Of a DNA stretch of 53,247 bases, positions 10,826 to 22,916 are shown piece after piece. The position numbers and the translations under genes are program-made. Every line of letters begins with the position of its first letter. Position 1 is the first letter of the stretch. Source of the DNA: Pelomyxa schiedti (taxonomy: Eukaryota; Protista; Evosea); the NCBI GenBank assembly GCA_020536535.1, contig JAHLWZ010000902.1:1-53247 (forward strand), given 5' to 3'. The notes under the pieces are model-generated. The model ran no database searches. It saw only the letters and a program-made list of their open reading frames with translations, and was not told the DNA's origin.

Positions 10826-12992
10826 ATGAGGGCGTCGACGGCACTTATCAGTTTTGTAGTAGTTTTGTCCTGTTGCATCAGTGGCAGTTATGGGACCGCG
10901 TACTACGTCAACAGCAAGAGCGGCAGTGACAGCCAGGACGGGAAATCAGAGGCCAATGCCTGGGCCACATTGTCAAAGGTGCAGGACTTCATATGGAGCA
11001 GTGATAACTTCCAACCTGGTGATACATTGTATGTTTGAATTTGTTAACTATTTTTTTATTTTTTTTGTCTTCTTCACTAATACCCAACAAAAATGTATTT
11101 GCAGAAACCTAGCAAGGGGGAGTTCTTGGTCTCAAACTACTGGTGAGTCTCCCCTTTCAACTTCACCCGAGAGTGCTTATGTTGTAACATTCTTGTATAG
11201 CACTTTCGATGGAATGCAGTGGAACTTCTGCTAAAAGAATTGTGATCCAACCTTATGGAGATGCCTCAGCTGCAATGCCACTGATTAAGACCCCCAATCC
11301 AGATGGTGACTACCAAGCTGGGATTGTTCTAGCTGGTGATTACCTCACTATAACAGGTGGGCTGTCACGCAAATTTATATATTTTGTGACAAATACAAGG
11401 GATACATATCAGTGATGTAAGATGGGATGGCATTGTGGTGGACCACCATAGAGTTCATGCAATTGTTTCAAATTGTCTCTCGGACAACGTAGGTTAGCAC
11501 GTGCTCACGTGGATCCATTTTCTCAATTTCACACTCTCCGCCAGATTTTTGTGGGATTTCCCTCTACGGAGGCAATTCAACAATTGAAAACTCTGAAGTC
11601 ACAGATTGTGGATTGGGAATATGCATGGAGGGCTCTTTCAACTTGATCAAAAATAACTCACTCCATGACTTGAGAATGGTGTGTCTGAAGTATGTAACCT
11701 TTCATAGCTAAAGGCTACTAAGGCCGTGAATACCAATGATGGAGGGGAGGATGACTACGGTGCTGTGGGAATTAATGTACTTATTTCTCTTGATTTCGCT
11801 TTGTTTTGCTAACACTCAGATAGGTATTTTCTTCTTGGAATGAAATATCTTACAACACAATGGCCAGATGTGTGGCTCCCTCTTACGATTTTGGAGTTGA
11901 TGGCGGTGTTATAGAATTCTATGGCAACGTTTCTCACAATTGTACGAATCTTCAACAAGTCCCGCCAATCATATGAACTCAGATATCCACCATAATTGGG
12001 GTGAATATTGTGATGGATGGGTGGAAATTGGGGCTGCCACATCGGCGGACGTCTGCAGTGACAATACTTTTGCCTACAACGTGGGTATTATGAATGGAGA
12101 TATTGCGATGATTCATAACGGAGGCACTTTTGGACTGAAGGAAACATCGGTATCTACGAATCCTGTTCGGCAATCAGTAAAAACCGGGTTTTTTTTACCA
12201 ACAGGGGCTTTTGTACGAACATAACACATTCTATGAGGCTCACAAAGGAAGCTACCTGTAGTCATGTAACTCGTTTCATATTCGGAACTTAATCTCCTTC
12301 AGGTACAGCCTTATTTCTTGGGATGAAGATCATGCCTCCAATGTACTTACATTCAGAGACAATATCGCAGTTGTTGGTGATTATTGGTAAAAGAGACTTT
12401 TATTCTGTAACAATTCAACCCCAACATTCTGCAGGTACTTCCTGGACAATTCCCGGGACTGGACCATTGGCCACGACCATAACTTATTTCAACTCCTCAA
12501 TTCCTCCACAGAACTTGGGTTCTCTCTTGGAACTGGTAAGTCCTTTTAATTAAGATTTCTTCTCTCAACACTCTCAAGGAGATGCTCAGGTGACTGATGT
12601 TAAGTTTGTTGATCCCCCATCATCAGACTTCCACTTGCAAGATTCCTCACCAGCCGTTGATACTGCTTCCACACCTTCTGAGTATACCCAGGATTTTGAT
12701 GGCAATCCAGTCCCTTGCAATGACATCCCTGGTACCCCTCTCTATTCATACCTCAGTTCTAAAATTCCCTCATGCAGATAAGGGTGCCTATGAGTACTGT
12801 GAAAGTACCACTAGCACGAGTACAATTAGAAGCACAAGCACCAGCCGTTCACATTCCACATCAAACTCAAACTCCGAAACAGAAGAATCCTCACAACACA
12901 AATCGTCCCTCATTCAGTCTTCCTCAGCCTCTTGTGTCTGTGCACTTGGCTTGCCTTTCTCCTTGTTGTTTGTGCTCATACTTTGTCTCTAA
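10826..12992 (+). CDS. Secreted, probably GPI-anchored right-handed beta-helix (pectin-lyase-like) protein, bacterial type
   Basis: Signal peptide MRASTALISFVVVLSCCISGSYG; YYVNSKSGSDSQDGKSEANAWATLSKV...FQPGDTL; parallel beta-helix repeats (NSTIENSEVTDCGLGI, NLIKNNSLHDL, GGEDDYGAVGI); tail DFHLQDSSPAVD...DKGAYEY; S/T linker; hydrophobic C-terminus SSASCVCALGLPFSLLFVLILCL*. Many short introns. Confidence 0.8.
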
Positions 12993-13066
12993 ACTCAATA
13001 TATACCAAAAAAAGGATCCTCTACAAAAAACCTTTGAGTTTCTCATACATTTACTAAAACAAAAGT

Positions 13067-13984
13067 TCACATTCTCAAAAAAGCACTCAGCTGCTCTTTG
13101 ATTGTGTCTTGTGACAACTTGTTTACTTCCTTATGGATGAAGGAGAAAAAGTGGTGCTTGATTCTACCATCGACTTTCTGAACAATGGGAGCATATTGTG
13201 GCTGTGAGGAGAAACCACTGGAAGCAAGCTTCAAGTACACCTGAAATCTGTGTTATGTTTTGCTATTCCCGTAGGAAGTGCTCATTACCTGCTTAAGAAC
13301 AGAACATAATGAAGAAACAACTTGGAAATAGTCTAGATCATTTGCAATCGGCTTCATTAAAGAAGTTCTTAGTTACCAAAATGAAAGGAAAGGATACAAA
13401 CCATGTAAATTCTCAGGTAGTCATACACTACTCTGTTTCCATACACATTTATTTTTGGTTTGATAACCCCACTGTCATCAGCGCTGGAGCGCATGGAAGT
13501 GGTATGGGCTTGAATAACCTTGATACCCTGCGTGATGTGTCAGTGCAAAGAGGGTGTACTGGCTGGTAAACTGAATTCGAGTTTTCGACCCAGTGGTCGT
13601 ATTCCTCCATCACCTGTGCCAGGGATGCAAGCTTCGGAGGAAGGATGGAGTTAATTGCAATTAAGGTCAGGGAGGGGATGTACAAAGGAATTCTCAGTGT
13701 GCCTGAGCAGGGGTGCGAGACTTAACCCAAGAACAAACCATTGGTGCAACCTTTTTTCAAAAGAGACAGTAATTGGTGAAAAAGTTGGCAGCAAAGAAAC
13801 ATACCAACCTTTTCTTTAAAGACGGGCTTGACAGAAATGCCTCCTTTTCCAACAGTGTCACATTTAGCCACAACAAAGTGCCATCGTGAACTTTGGTCAG
13901 ATAACCAATCGTCTCGTGCACACCGTATAACTGCAACAAAACACGAGTAAGCAACCACACTTCACCATAGCACAACGCGACCAT
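13067..13984 (-). CDS. Hypothetical protein (multi-exon)
   Basis: Spliceable exons LYGVHETIGYLTKVHDGTLLWLNV..., LHQWFVLGLSLAPLL, VMEEYDHW, VYLKLASS...KVDGRIKHHFFSFIHKEVNKLSQDTIKEQLSAFLRM*. Family not identified. Confidence 0.5.
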
Positions 13985-14527
13985 ATCATCTCAGCGCACG
14001 TATGCGTACCGCTTCTTGCATTACACTGAATTAATGATGAATGAGAAAGAAGATCTCCCGAAGAGTTAAAACGTGAATTTAGGCAGGATGACACACCGAA
14101 TTGGTGTTGGTGCTGAGGTGGCGTTCTCAGCTCCCCAGACGAAAACAAAAGAAGATCTCAAACTGGAAGTGATGCCGGCGAAAACACGGGGAAGAAGAAA
14201 TCAACATAAAAATAACCTACACGCTAGCGGTGGCCGGAACGAAAGCAAACACGTAGCCCGAGGTAAAGAGTTTGAATGAATGTTACGCAGGTATGCAGTT
14301 GTCGTCAAGATCTGTGTTGGGTAACGTTTTTTTTTCCCTTTTCCCACCAGATGTGACAAAAATCGAGCTCTCGGGTCTGTGCCATTGGAAGTGTGTAAAA
14401 CAGTTTCTTTCTTCTTTTTTCCTTACGTTTTGAAAGGTTGACCTTCAAACGGCCGTTTTTTCTCCAGCGACTACCTTTGTTAAGGGGGAAACTGTGATGG
14501 TCCCTCGGTCTCAGGGTGGCTTTTCTT

Positions 14528-16560
14528 ATGGCGTCGTTGATTCCTGCAAGGTCTTCGACCGCTGTTTCCTTTTCTCTTCTGTACGCCACACATCACAGAG
14601 GTAAATTTCTTTTTTTTCTGCCGCTTTTTCTTAATGTTTCACTTAGATACCGCGTTGCCTACCCCAATCAGCAGGCTGCTGTGCAGTTCAAAGACTTACC
14701 CAATTTCTGCATTGGTAAACTTCTTTCCGATAGTCCAGTTCCAGCATCATCTTGTGAAGACACTGAGTATCACCCTCGTATTGCATCCTGTACTAACGGG
14801 AAAAAAAGGACTGAAAGATCCCCTGGTTGCTCAGTAAACATTGGAGACTTGCATAAAGTTGTTTTTCTTCCCCGAAGTGGAATTGAACCTGGGTGTTTGG
14901 TTATTGTTCCCCGATCTAGGGGAGGGTTCACATATGGCCGTGTTGTATCTGAGCACCAAACTTTATGTAGAGAAGAGCCCTCTTGCCCTCATACTGTAAT
15001 GGGGTATGCATGCCTTCAATAATAAAAACAGGTTCCCTTATTTTTTCAAATAGAGCTCGTGTTTTACTATCACCACCCAATACCAATAATCCCGTACGAA
15101 AGGACTTACCACTGTGCAGCATTGGGGTTATACCCTTGGATCATGAATTAGATCATGTTACGCAAACCACAAAATACTGCTCGCCTCATTTACCAACTGC
15201 TACAATACCCACTGGCAATAGCACAAGCCCTCCTAATAGTGACGGAACATCCCCAAGCAGTAGCTCTAGTCCCAGTCCAAGTTCACAGAGTGGCCCTGCC
15301 AGCAACCCTTCGAACTCCCCTCAATTTACTGCATCTGATAAGCTGCATTTAATAGCCCAACCACCCATTGGGTTTCAACCTCATTCGCCCGTGACTTCGG
15401 CACGTGAAAGCCTTAGAAATGGAGTTCTTCACGTGCAACCTGGTGTGACTGATTCTAGTAAAGGTGGAGAAAGTGATGATAGTGAAGCTGATGATAGTGG
15501 TGAAGTGGTGCTAATAGGGGAAGAAGGGGAGGAAGTAGTTCTAAGCACAAGCCCAAATGACAGGAACAATTATCCAGAGGTACAACTTCTCACATGTGTC
15601 TAACCGTTTTTCACTTATAAAAACCAGACTGAGTACGCTGCGCATCAAAATTCTGTGATTGCAAATCCGACGGCTACATCGAGTACAGCAACAGAAGTTG
15701 CCTCGACAGGTGCCACGTACCCCGTAGAAAATCCAGTTAGACTTGCTCCTCTACCAGACCAATCCTCCACACGAGCTCAGGCACATGCACCTCAGTCCAA
15801 AAGTGCACCTGTGATTTCACTACCTGAAATCTCTCGGGCAAAAACTAAACCTTATATAGTACTGGATGGGCCCAACATTGCTTGTGTAAGATCCCTCCAG
15901 TTCTGCTTGAATCTAATCCATTGCACAGAAACACTCAAAGAAGTCAAATTTCTCTGCGGCTGGCCTCAAGATAGCAGTTGAGCATTTAAGCAAGGCAGGA
16001 TTTGAGCCTATTGCGTTTGTACCTGAACACTATGTCTCCAGAAAGCAGTCACATGTGGTGGATCCTTCCCACCAAGAAGCTGGTGTGGCAGTGCTAACTC
16101 TCAAAGATTTCATGGTTTCCATTTTCCCTCCAAAAATTCGCGTCTCCTGACCGGTTTTTCAGCCCGTCGTTGACGATACTGCAGTTCTGTCAAGGCTCAT
16201 ACATCAAAAGAAGGTGGTTTTGACTCCACCACAGGTGAAATTTCCGCTACCTTATATAAGCGATGGCCGTATTCCTTCCGGATGCTAAATCCTGAGCAGG
16301 ACCTTGACTCCAGTTACTTCATCAATTTTGCTCGGATGCACGACGCTTGTATAGTTACGAACAACAACTTCTCAGATTTCATTGCCAAGCAGGAAGGGTC
16401 CAACAAACAAATAACACAGGTTCCGACTAGATTTCAACACTAACTCCTTCCCCTCCTCTTTAACAAAGAACTTTTCTCACAGGAGTGGTTGGACAAGCAC
16501 TGTCTTCCTTTCAAGTTCAACAAAAACACATTCCAACTCCTCAGGAAGCCCAAACCGTAA
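14528..16560 (+). CDS. NYN/PIN-fold RNase of the Regnase (RNase_Zc3h12a)-like family with a long N-terminal extension
   Basis: C-terminal exons: KPYIVLDGPNIA, AVEHFKQAGFEPIAFVPEHY, VLTPPQ|DLDSSYFINFARMHDACIVTNNNFSDF, EWLDKHCLPFKFNKNTF. N-terminal part has PGCLVIVPRSRGGFTYGRV and S/P-rich linkers. Confidence 0.75.
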
Positions 16561-16773
16561 ACAACAACCACAACACCTCCCCCAAGGCAAAAAAAAAAAA
16601 CCGAAATTCGCTTGTTTTGCTCTTTCGGGTAATAAGTAGATTTCGAGTCGGAGTAACAAGGCGCCAAGGCGTACATATGCCCAACACCCGATGAAGTAAG
16701 CGCCGCCCTGCGTAAAATTACGGAGCCTATTATGGGCTTTGAATGACCCGAGGAGAGGGCGGTTTGGTGTGAT

Positions 16774-18540
16774 ATGGGCGGCGGCCGCGGCGCTGGCTAC
16801 AGTGGCGTCGCCGAGCCCCCTTCAGATTTAGACGAGTGGTTGTGGCTAGGCACCGAGGAGTGGGTCATTTCGTCTGCTTCCGGGGCGAGAGTGGCTAAAG
16901 ACGCAGGGAGCCTGAGGCGGCTTAGCGTAGGAGCGATGGAGGTCATCAAGGCCGCCTCGGCTGTGGATTCGTGCAACATTGACGACTCCCTTTTGCTGGA
17001 CCTGTTGCTCGATCTGTTGCGAATTATGGGTCCGGAGACTACTGACTGGGACAACATAATGCCGTATTTGGAGACGATTCCTTTTGTATTCCTGGAGACT
17101 AGAATGGACAAATTCCAGGAGATATTCATTGGGCCCTACCCTCAGAAATGGAAGTGGTTCCTTTGCCGGTCTCTTGTGGAATTAGTGGCGGACAGGATTG
17201 GGACTGTGGCACCCAACACGCCCATTGGGCATTTTGAATGGTACCAGACTATAGACTCTATCAAAATACTTATGAACCTTTTAGGCAGCCTTGTGGAATG
17301 TGTCATAATGGGGTTGAACGTCTGTGCCCAAGGTACGTTGGTTCCGAATGTGGCAGAGCTCTATACGTCAGTCATGCATGCCAGTGTGGAACTGCCAAAA
17401 CTGACAACCGAGGCCACCTTGTCGGTTCTAGGTCATTTGTGTTCCATTTCTGCATCAAATCACTCAATCCTTCATGCACTCCTACATTGGGAGACTCTCA
17501 AGAATAACAAATAAGCAGTAGATATTACCCCGAGGTTACTGGAAACTATTCTACTCAAAATGCCTTGCTTTGGATGGTGGAATCAATTCAACCGGTTCAA
17601 CTTTGACATTGTTGAACCTGTTGTAGGTATTACACACGGTTTGGCAGAGGTCACTTAATCAACTCATTTGTCACCCCTCCGATTTGTGCAAGAAAACCTC
17701 AGTTCCAATGTTCCACAAGCCCAGGCATCGGCAGCCCTTTCCCCCATGGCACTTTCTTATACAGATTGTGTCATCTCTCAGGATTTAGCTGAAAAAGTTG
17801 AAGATGCAGGCCTCCGCTCATTTGGTTCTGCTATGTTTTCTGCACACAACGGTCTTAAGAAAACCGCTATTTCCCCCCTTACAACTGACATATTACCGAA
17901 AGTCCGGGGCATGGCACATAAGCCAGCATCCCTTGTGCCGGCAGTGAACGTACCTTGTTGTTCTTCTTTCCAACCCTACTAACTCCAATTTGCAGGTGTG
18001 GATGGCATGGCACACTGTGACTGTACCTGGCCTCCTTACCGCTTCCTCACTCCTGCAGTGCTCTGCTGGGCAGGAGCAGGTGCAGTGAGCCATGCACATG
18101 GTTTTTTCAGTGGTTTCGATCTGATGGACAATGTTCTGTAAAATGAACGCAGTTTCACTTGGGGACGATATGGTCGTACCCCTCAGCCTAGCTTGAAGGC
18201 GCACGAGCAGAATTGCATGCGCCTGTTCTACTGAAACGGGTGCCAATCCAAACCTGATACACAATCGTGGAGTGACACTCATTGAGAGCATTAACACTGA
18301 CGACAATTTTTCATCCATCCCTGGACATAGTAGTTGCTCTGAGGAGAGTGATGAACCTTCTGTGGTGCCACGGGGCTCAAATGTCACCTGAATTTGCCCG
18401 CACCGTTCCACAGCTGTCATACATGCAATTTCCAGCAATGTGGAATCCAGCTCCGCACACGTTCTTCTCCCGGAAGTTCAAGAACATCCTCCAAACGGTG
18501 TTGCTGTGCTGGTACCGTTACGCATTATCATTTTAGCAGG
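16774..18540 (+). CDS. Hypothetical helical protein; 3' part possibly pseudogenised
   Basis: 246-aa Leu-rich ORF at 16774-17514 plus a further ORF at 17668-17982. The continuing frame after the 17950-17995 intron contains four TGA codons. Confidence 0.45.
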
Positions 18541-18947
18541 TTAATCCAGCCAAAGTGACAGCTTCACAACAGCAGGATCAACAATGAGAAGAAGCACAAG
18601 GTGCTGGTATTGAGAGTTGGCACATCATCGGCACTGTCTTTGCCCCTTCTTTTCTTGTCACCTTGCCACTTCTCACACTGAAATGAAAACGATGCTGCGA
18701 AATGGCCTTTGGTACCACCTTTTGTTCTTCAAAAAATAAGAACCAACATAAAAAGGTCATGGACCTTGGGACTGTAATTTCTTTGCAGAAGAAACTCACC
18801 CTCCCCTTGACTCCCAGGTCTCGCTCTGGTCAGTCATTTCCAAGTTCCCTTGTACAGCTGTTTTTTTGGGGTTTTTCTTTTCTTTTCCTGAGCTATCAAC
18901 ATTCCGTGCACCTGCTGTTTCGAATAAGGCCGTAGTTATTTATCTGA

Positions 18948-20035
18948 ATGGCATCGACGGCGGCACCGAGGACAACGGGGGGTGCCGCGACGCCGATGGA
19001 GACTATCAAGATGCTAATAATTGGAGAGACGGGTGTGGATCTACCTTCTTTCCCCCGTTAAGTTATCATTTTGTATATGTGGCTTCAATTTCCTAACTAA
19101 TGCAAGAGGGTGAGTGCTAACGTTAAATGTGGTTTCTAGGTGTTGGAAAGAGCTGTCTTCTTATGCAATTCGTTGACAATACTTTCACAACAAACTTCAT
19201 GTCTACTATTGGGTAGGTGCACCATCGATATCACGGTTATATATATATTCTTCTTTTCCTGACTTTAGCACCAGAATTGACTTCAAGATAAAAAATGTTG
19301 TGCTTGAAGGAAGAAAAGTGAAGCTTCAAATTTGGGTACAAAGACAGTTCATTCTTCATATTTTAACCTTGTAAAAGGATACTGCAGGACAAGAAAGGTA
19401 CGTTGATAATACTTCTAACTTGTAATAACCCTCTTGAATATAGATACAGAAACATTACAACAGCATAGTATGGCCATGTTGCACCCTTCTTTGTTTTTAA
19501 TGCACACCACAGCTTCCGTGGAGCTATGGGGGTATTGCTAGTATTCGATGTTACGGATGAAAGTTCCTTTGCCAGTTTTTCCCCTTCATTGTAACGAATG
19601 ATTAATTAATTCATTCAAGATATTACTTCATGGATGTCAAGCATCAAGGAGCATGCACCTCCTAACGTAAAAGTGGCATTGATTGGAAACAAATGTGATA
19701 TCACTGGATCCCGGGTAGGACTTTATCATTTAGTGTATTCTAAGACTAATTTTTGACCAGGTCGTAACAACTGAGAGAGGAAAAGCTCTGGCGAATCAAT
19801 ATAGTATCCCATTTTATGAAGTTTCCCGATCCCCATACAGGCTAGTTCTAATGTTAACCAGACGTCAGCAAAGGATGCCACCAATGTAAATGACGCATTT
19901 GTTTCCCTGGCAAAAGAAATTGCTGTCAACCTATTTACATCAGCTCCTGCCCCTCCCAAAGATGTCGTTGACATCACCAAGCCACCTCCAACACCCACAG
20001 AGACAGGAAGCAGCAGCAAACCCTGCTGCTCATAA
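18948..20035 (+). CDS. RAB8: Rab GTPase, Rab8/RabE-like
   Basis: GETGVGKS, FMSTIGIDFKIK, LQIWDTAGQER, AYFRGAMGVLLVFDVT, GNKCD, TSAK and a C-terminal CCS prenylation motif, spread over about 9 short exons. Confidence 0.9.
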
Positions 20036-21068
20036 TACAATAATAGCTCCAATTACACAACCCACTGTACATTACATGGGAGTTCAGTGGTGCAGGAATA
20101 GATCAAACCTCACCACGGCTCAGTAAAAACGAAAATACAAGAATACAAGTCCTGGTGGACACCTTTATTTTTTGGTCTTTCTCTCCCAACAAAGCTACTT
20201 GTGTGCACCTGAAATGTTCTATTTCAGCAGAGTAACTCAAGAAAACGAACATCACAGCCAGCCACAAAAAAAAGTTCTTCCAAGCCTGGGCTGCAAGTGA
20301 TTCCATTTCAAGTTCACACTGGCCTTCTCTCAAGTACACAATTATGCAATGAAGTTTCCTGTCCACCCATAACCAAAAAAAACCAACCTCTGGGAACCAG
20401 ATCGAAAAATTGGAATAAAGCAACATTGCAATTACATTTTTACGTAATTGGGAGTGTGTGTGACTCAGATCTGAGATGATGAAGAAGGAAAAAAAAGAAA
20501 CATAGTCATAATCGCAATCACCAAACGGCTGGGCCGCGTGATCCTAGGACCGGTGGACGTGGTGTGTTACGCCCAACCGGCAACCGGGGCGCCGGCCCAA
20601 TCGCAAACAAATGGTTGGCGCGATCATTGTACGGCAACGTACCCTTTTATAATGCGTTCCAATTCTTTTAGTGATGTGTTGGCGGTGCATGGCTGGTCCC
20701 CCCCAACTTCTCCACTATCTAATAGGAGTGCATAAAAAATTAAAAAAAAAAGACTTCATTATCTTCCCCTGTTTTTCCTTCGAGCGCAAAAGTGTTGTTT
20801 TTTTTCTTTACGAGGCCGAGAGCGGCTTGTAGCAAGCTCACAAAGTGCTTTTTCTTCTTACGAGCCGACAATGGCAAAAAAAAAAATATCTCTGTCAATT
20901 TCAACCCTTGTGGTGTTCGTTTTCCCGGAAGGGTAACACACCGAGACCAGATGTGACTTCGAGGAACAAACAGGCCTGATTGGTGGTAAAAATGCACGGG
21001 AACAAAACTTCCTCTTTAAGTGATACTACTTGCAGGTAGTATCTAGTTATACAACAAAACATAGTTAA

Positions 21069-22576
21069 TCATGGGTGCATCTTTTCTAGGTGTGCCACAA
21101 TATCTTCCACAGGGGCTCGTTTCTGGTGTTTAATGAGTGACTTTACCTTCCTTTCAAGAAATGACGGAGGTACCTTGAAATCTTCATTTAAGTAAGCCCA
21201 GGTGATTACTCCATTCGGTGGTGAGGCAATATAGACCGCTGGAATTGGTAACTCGACCGGCTGGTTGCACTCAGTATGGTACTGAAAGTGCAAATCGAAA
21301 CCGGCACGCGCATAGGCATCAATTAGTCCCGGGGTTAGTGTATATACAAGCCCAAATTGCTTCCCTGGGTAGGTTTACTTTTTGCCTAGTTGTAGAGTAG
21401 AATACCAACAACATTATCATAATCCGTCAAAACATCAAAAGCAAACGAAAAACCTCGCATTTCAACGCAGCCTTCTTCAATTTCTGGTGAAACCTAGGAG
21501 TTATGTTACGTGCTGTATTTGATATTTGAAATACCGAAAGGATGGTAGCATATTGCAGGATTTTGTTGCAGTTTTTTTCTAGGGTCAGCTGTGCTATGCA
21601 ACAGACGGGACACCAGTAACCTCTAAAAAAGTTTATAACTACCCAGTGCCCTTGACGGCACAAGTCCAAGGCGCACACATAGCGGCCACTCTGCATTAGA
21701 TAAGAAAAGCACAAGAAAAAAGGCTAAGACAAACTTGATTAGGAAGAGAAAAATCTGGTATTGTATGTCCAGTTTGGAGGGCAATACGACTACGAGGAAG
21801 AGGGCTTGCAGTGGGTCCCCCTCGTAGTACTTCCCTTATATCTTGTGATACACTTCTCTGGCTTAGGCATTCGCCTACAGAGCCTCTGACCTTTTGTGCC
21901 AGAACAAATTCCTCTTGCCATATTTCAGTAAGGATAGGAAGCCGTTGAACTTTTTGCCGCATATCCTGAAGAATAATATCCATTTTCTCTGCATGCGATA
22001 CTGCAGCAGGCAGCATCTTTTTTTTGTAACTTAGACATCCACTAAATGACAATTTAAAGAGGAAATGTCGGTACATACAAGGTAGGGGTTACGTGTAGTG
22101 TGTCCGGGTGTTGTTACAGTGATGATGGGTGGTACAAATCGACCCGTACTGCGGTGTGTGTTACGGGCAGAGCTGCTGTGTGCCGAGGTAGGTGTGAGCA
22201 AGCCCATTTCTCGGTAACTGCCGACTGGCTGTGTGTGACAGCTATTTGTGCTCCGATCTGGAGACATCGCCCGTGGGGTCCGTGACTGTTCGGGAGTAAA
22301 GCCGGGGTACTCGCACTCTGTTCCTCCGCCTCGGTCGCGTGGATGTTTCGGGGTAACCAATAAACCAGTGTCATCTTCGCAACAAACGATCTGGACTTCG
22401 CTCTCTTCGCCGTAGCAGTCATCGTCATCGTCGTCGTCCAATACGTTTTTGCGTCGTCTGTGAGATCCAGATCTCCTCCGACGGAACTTGACCGAGTCGA
22501 TAGAGGAAAGGTCGGATTGCGAAGATCTCGGAGAAAGGGCCGTAGATGTACGGCTGCACGTCGCACCGCATCCCAT
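21069..22576 (-). CDS. AhpC/TSA (peroxiredoxin-like redoxin) protein with MGC lipidation motif and long N-terminal extension
   Basis: MGCGATCS start; GHTIPDFSLPNQ|SGRYV...VVINFFRGYWCPVCC; VELPIPAVYIASPPNGVITWAYLNEDF...PVEDIVAHLEKMHP*. Confidence 0.75.
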
Positions 22577-22916
22577 TGTAATTTCGCTTCGCCGGTTGTC
22601 GGTGTATTTTTTCTTATGTGGTTGTTTTGGTTCTTTTGACAAGGTAGTCCACTAACACCCCTGTGTCGCGCAGTGGGTGTCTTTTTTCGCTGCTCTTTAT
22701 TAAAATTTCGTTTCTTCGGATTGATTTGATTTCGGGGCATGCCAACAATGACACCGAAATCAGAGTTGGCAACACATGATCATGTGAGGTCTTGACTCAG
22801 CACGGAAGTGGAGTACGCTTAGCATAATTATCTCACTCGCCGTGTTGGGATAAAAGGACTGTCGGTTCCGAATTCTGATTGATCACCACCCAACAGATAA
22901 ATTACTATCGCCGTTC
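22577..22916. promoter_or_regulatory. Putative bidirectional promoter (redoxin / DDX1)
   Basis: 340-bp gap between divergent start codons, CpG-containing. Inferred from gene geometry only. Confidence 0.45.

Noticed and set aside
17512-17514. In-frame TAA with apparent read-through, suggesting TAA=Gln recoding (also at 189-191)
   Set aside because: Several well-supported genes end at TAA (PRKRIP1, ankyrin-like, beta-helix, NYN, Rab8). This stop can also be removed by a phase-compatible intron (~17431-17517). The standard code is retained.
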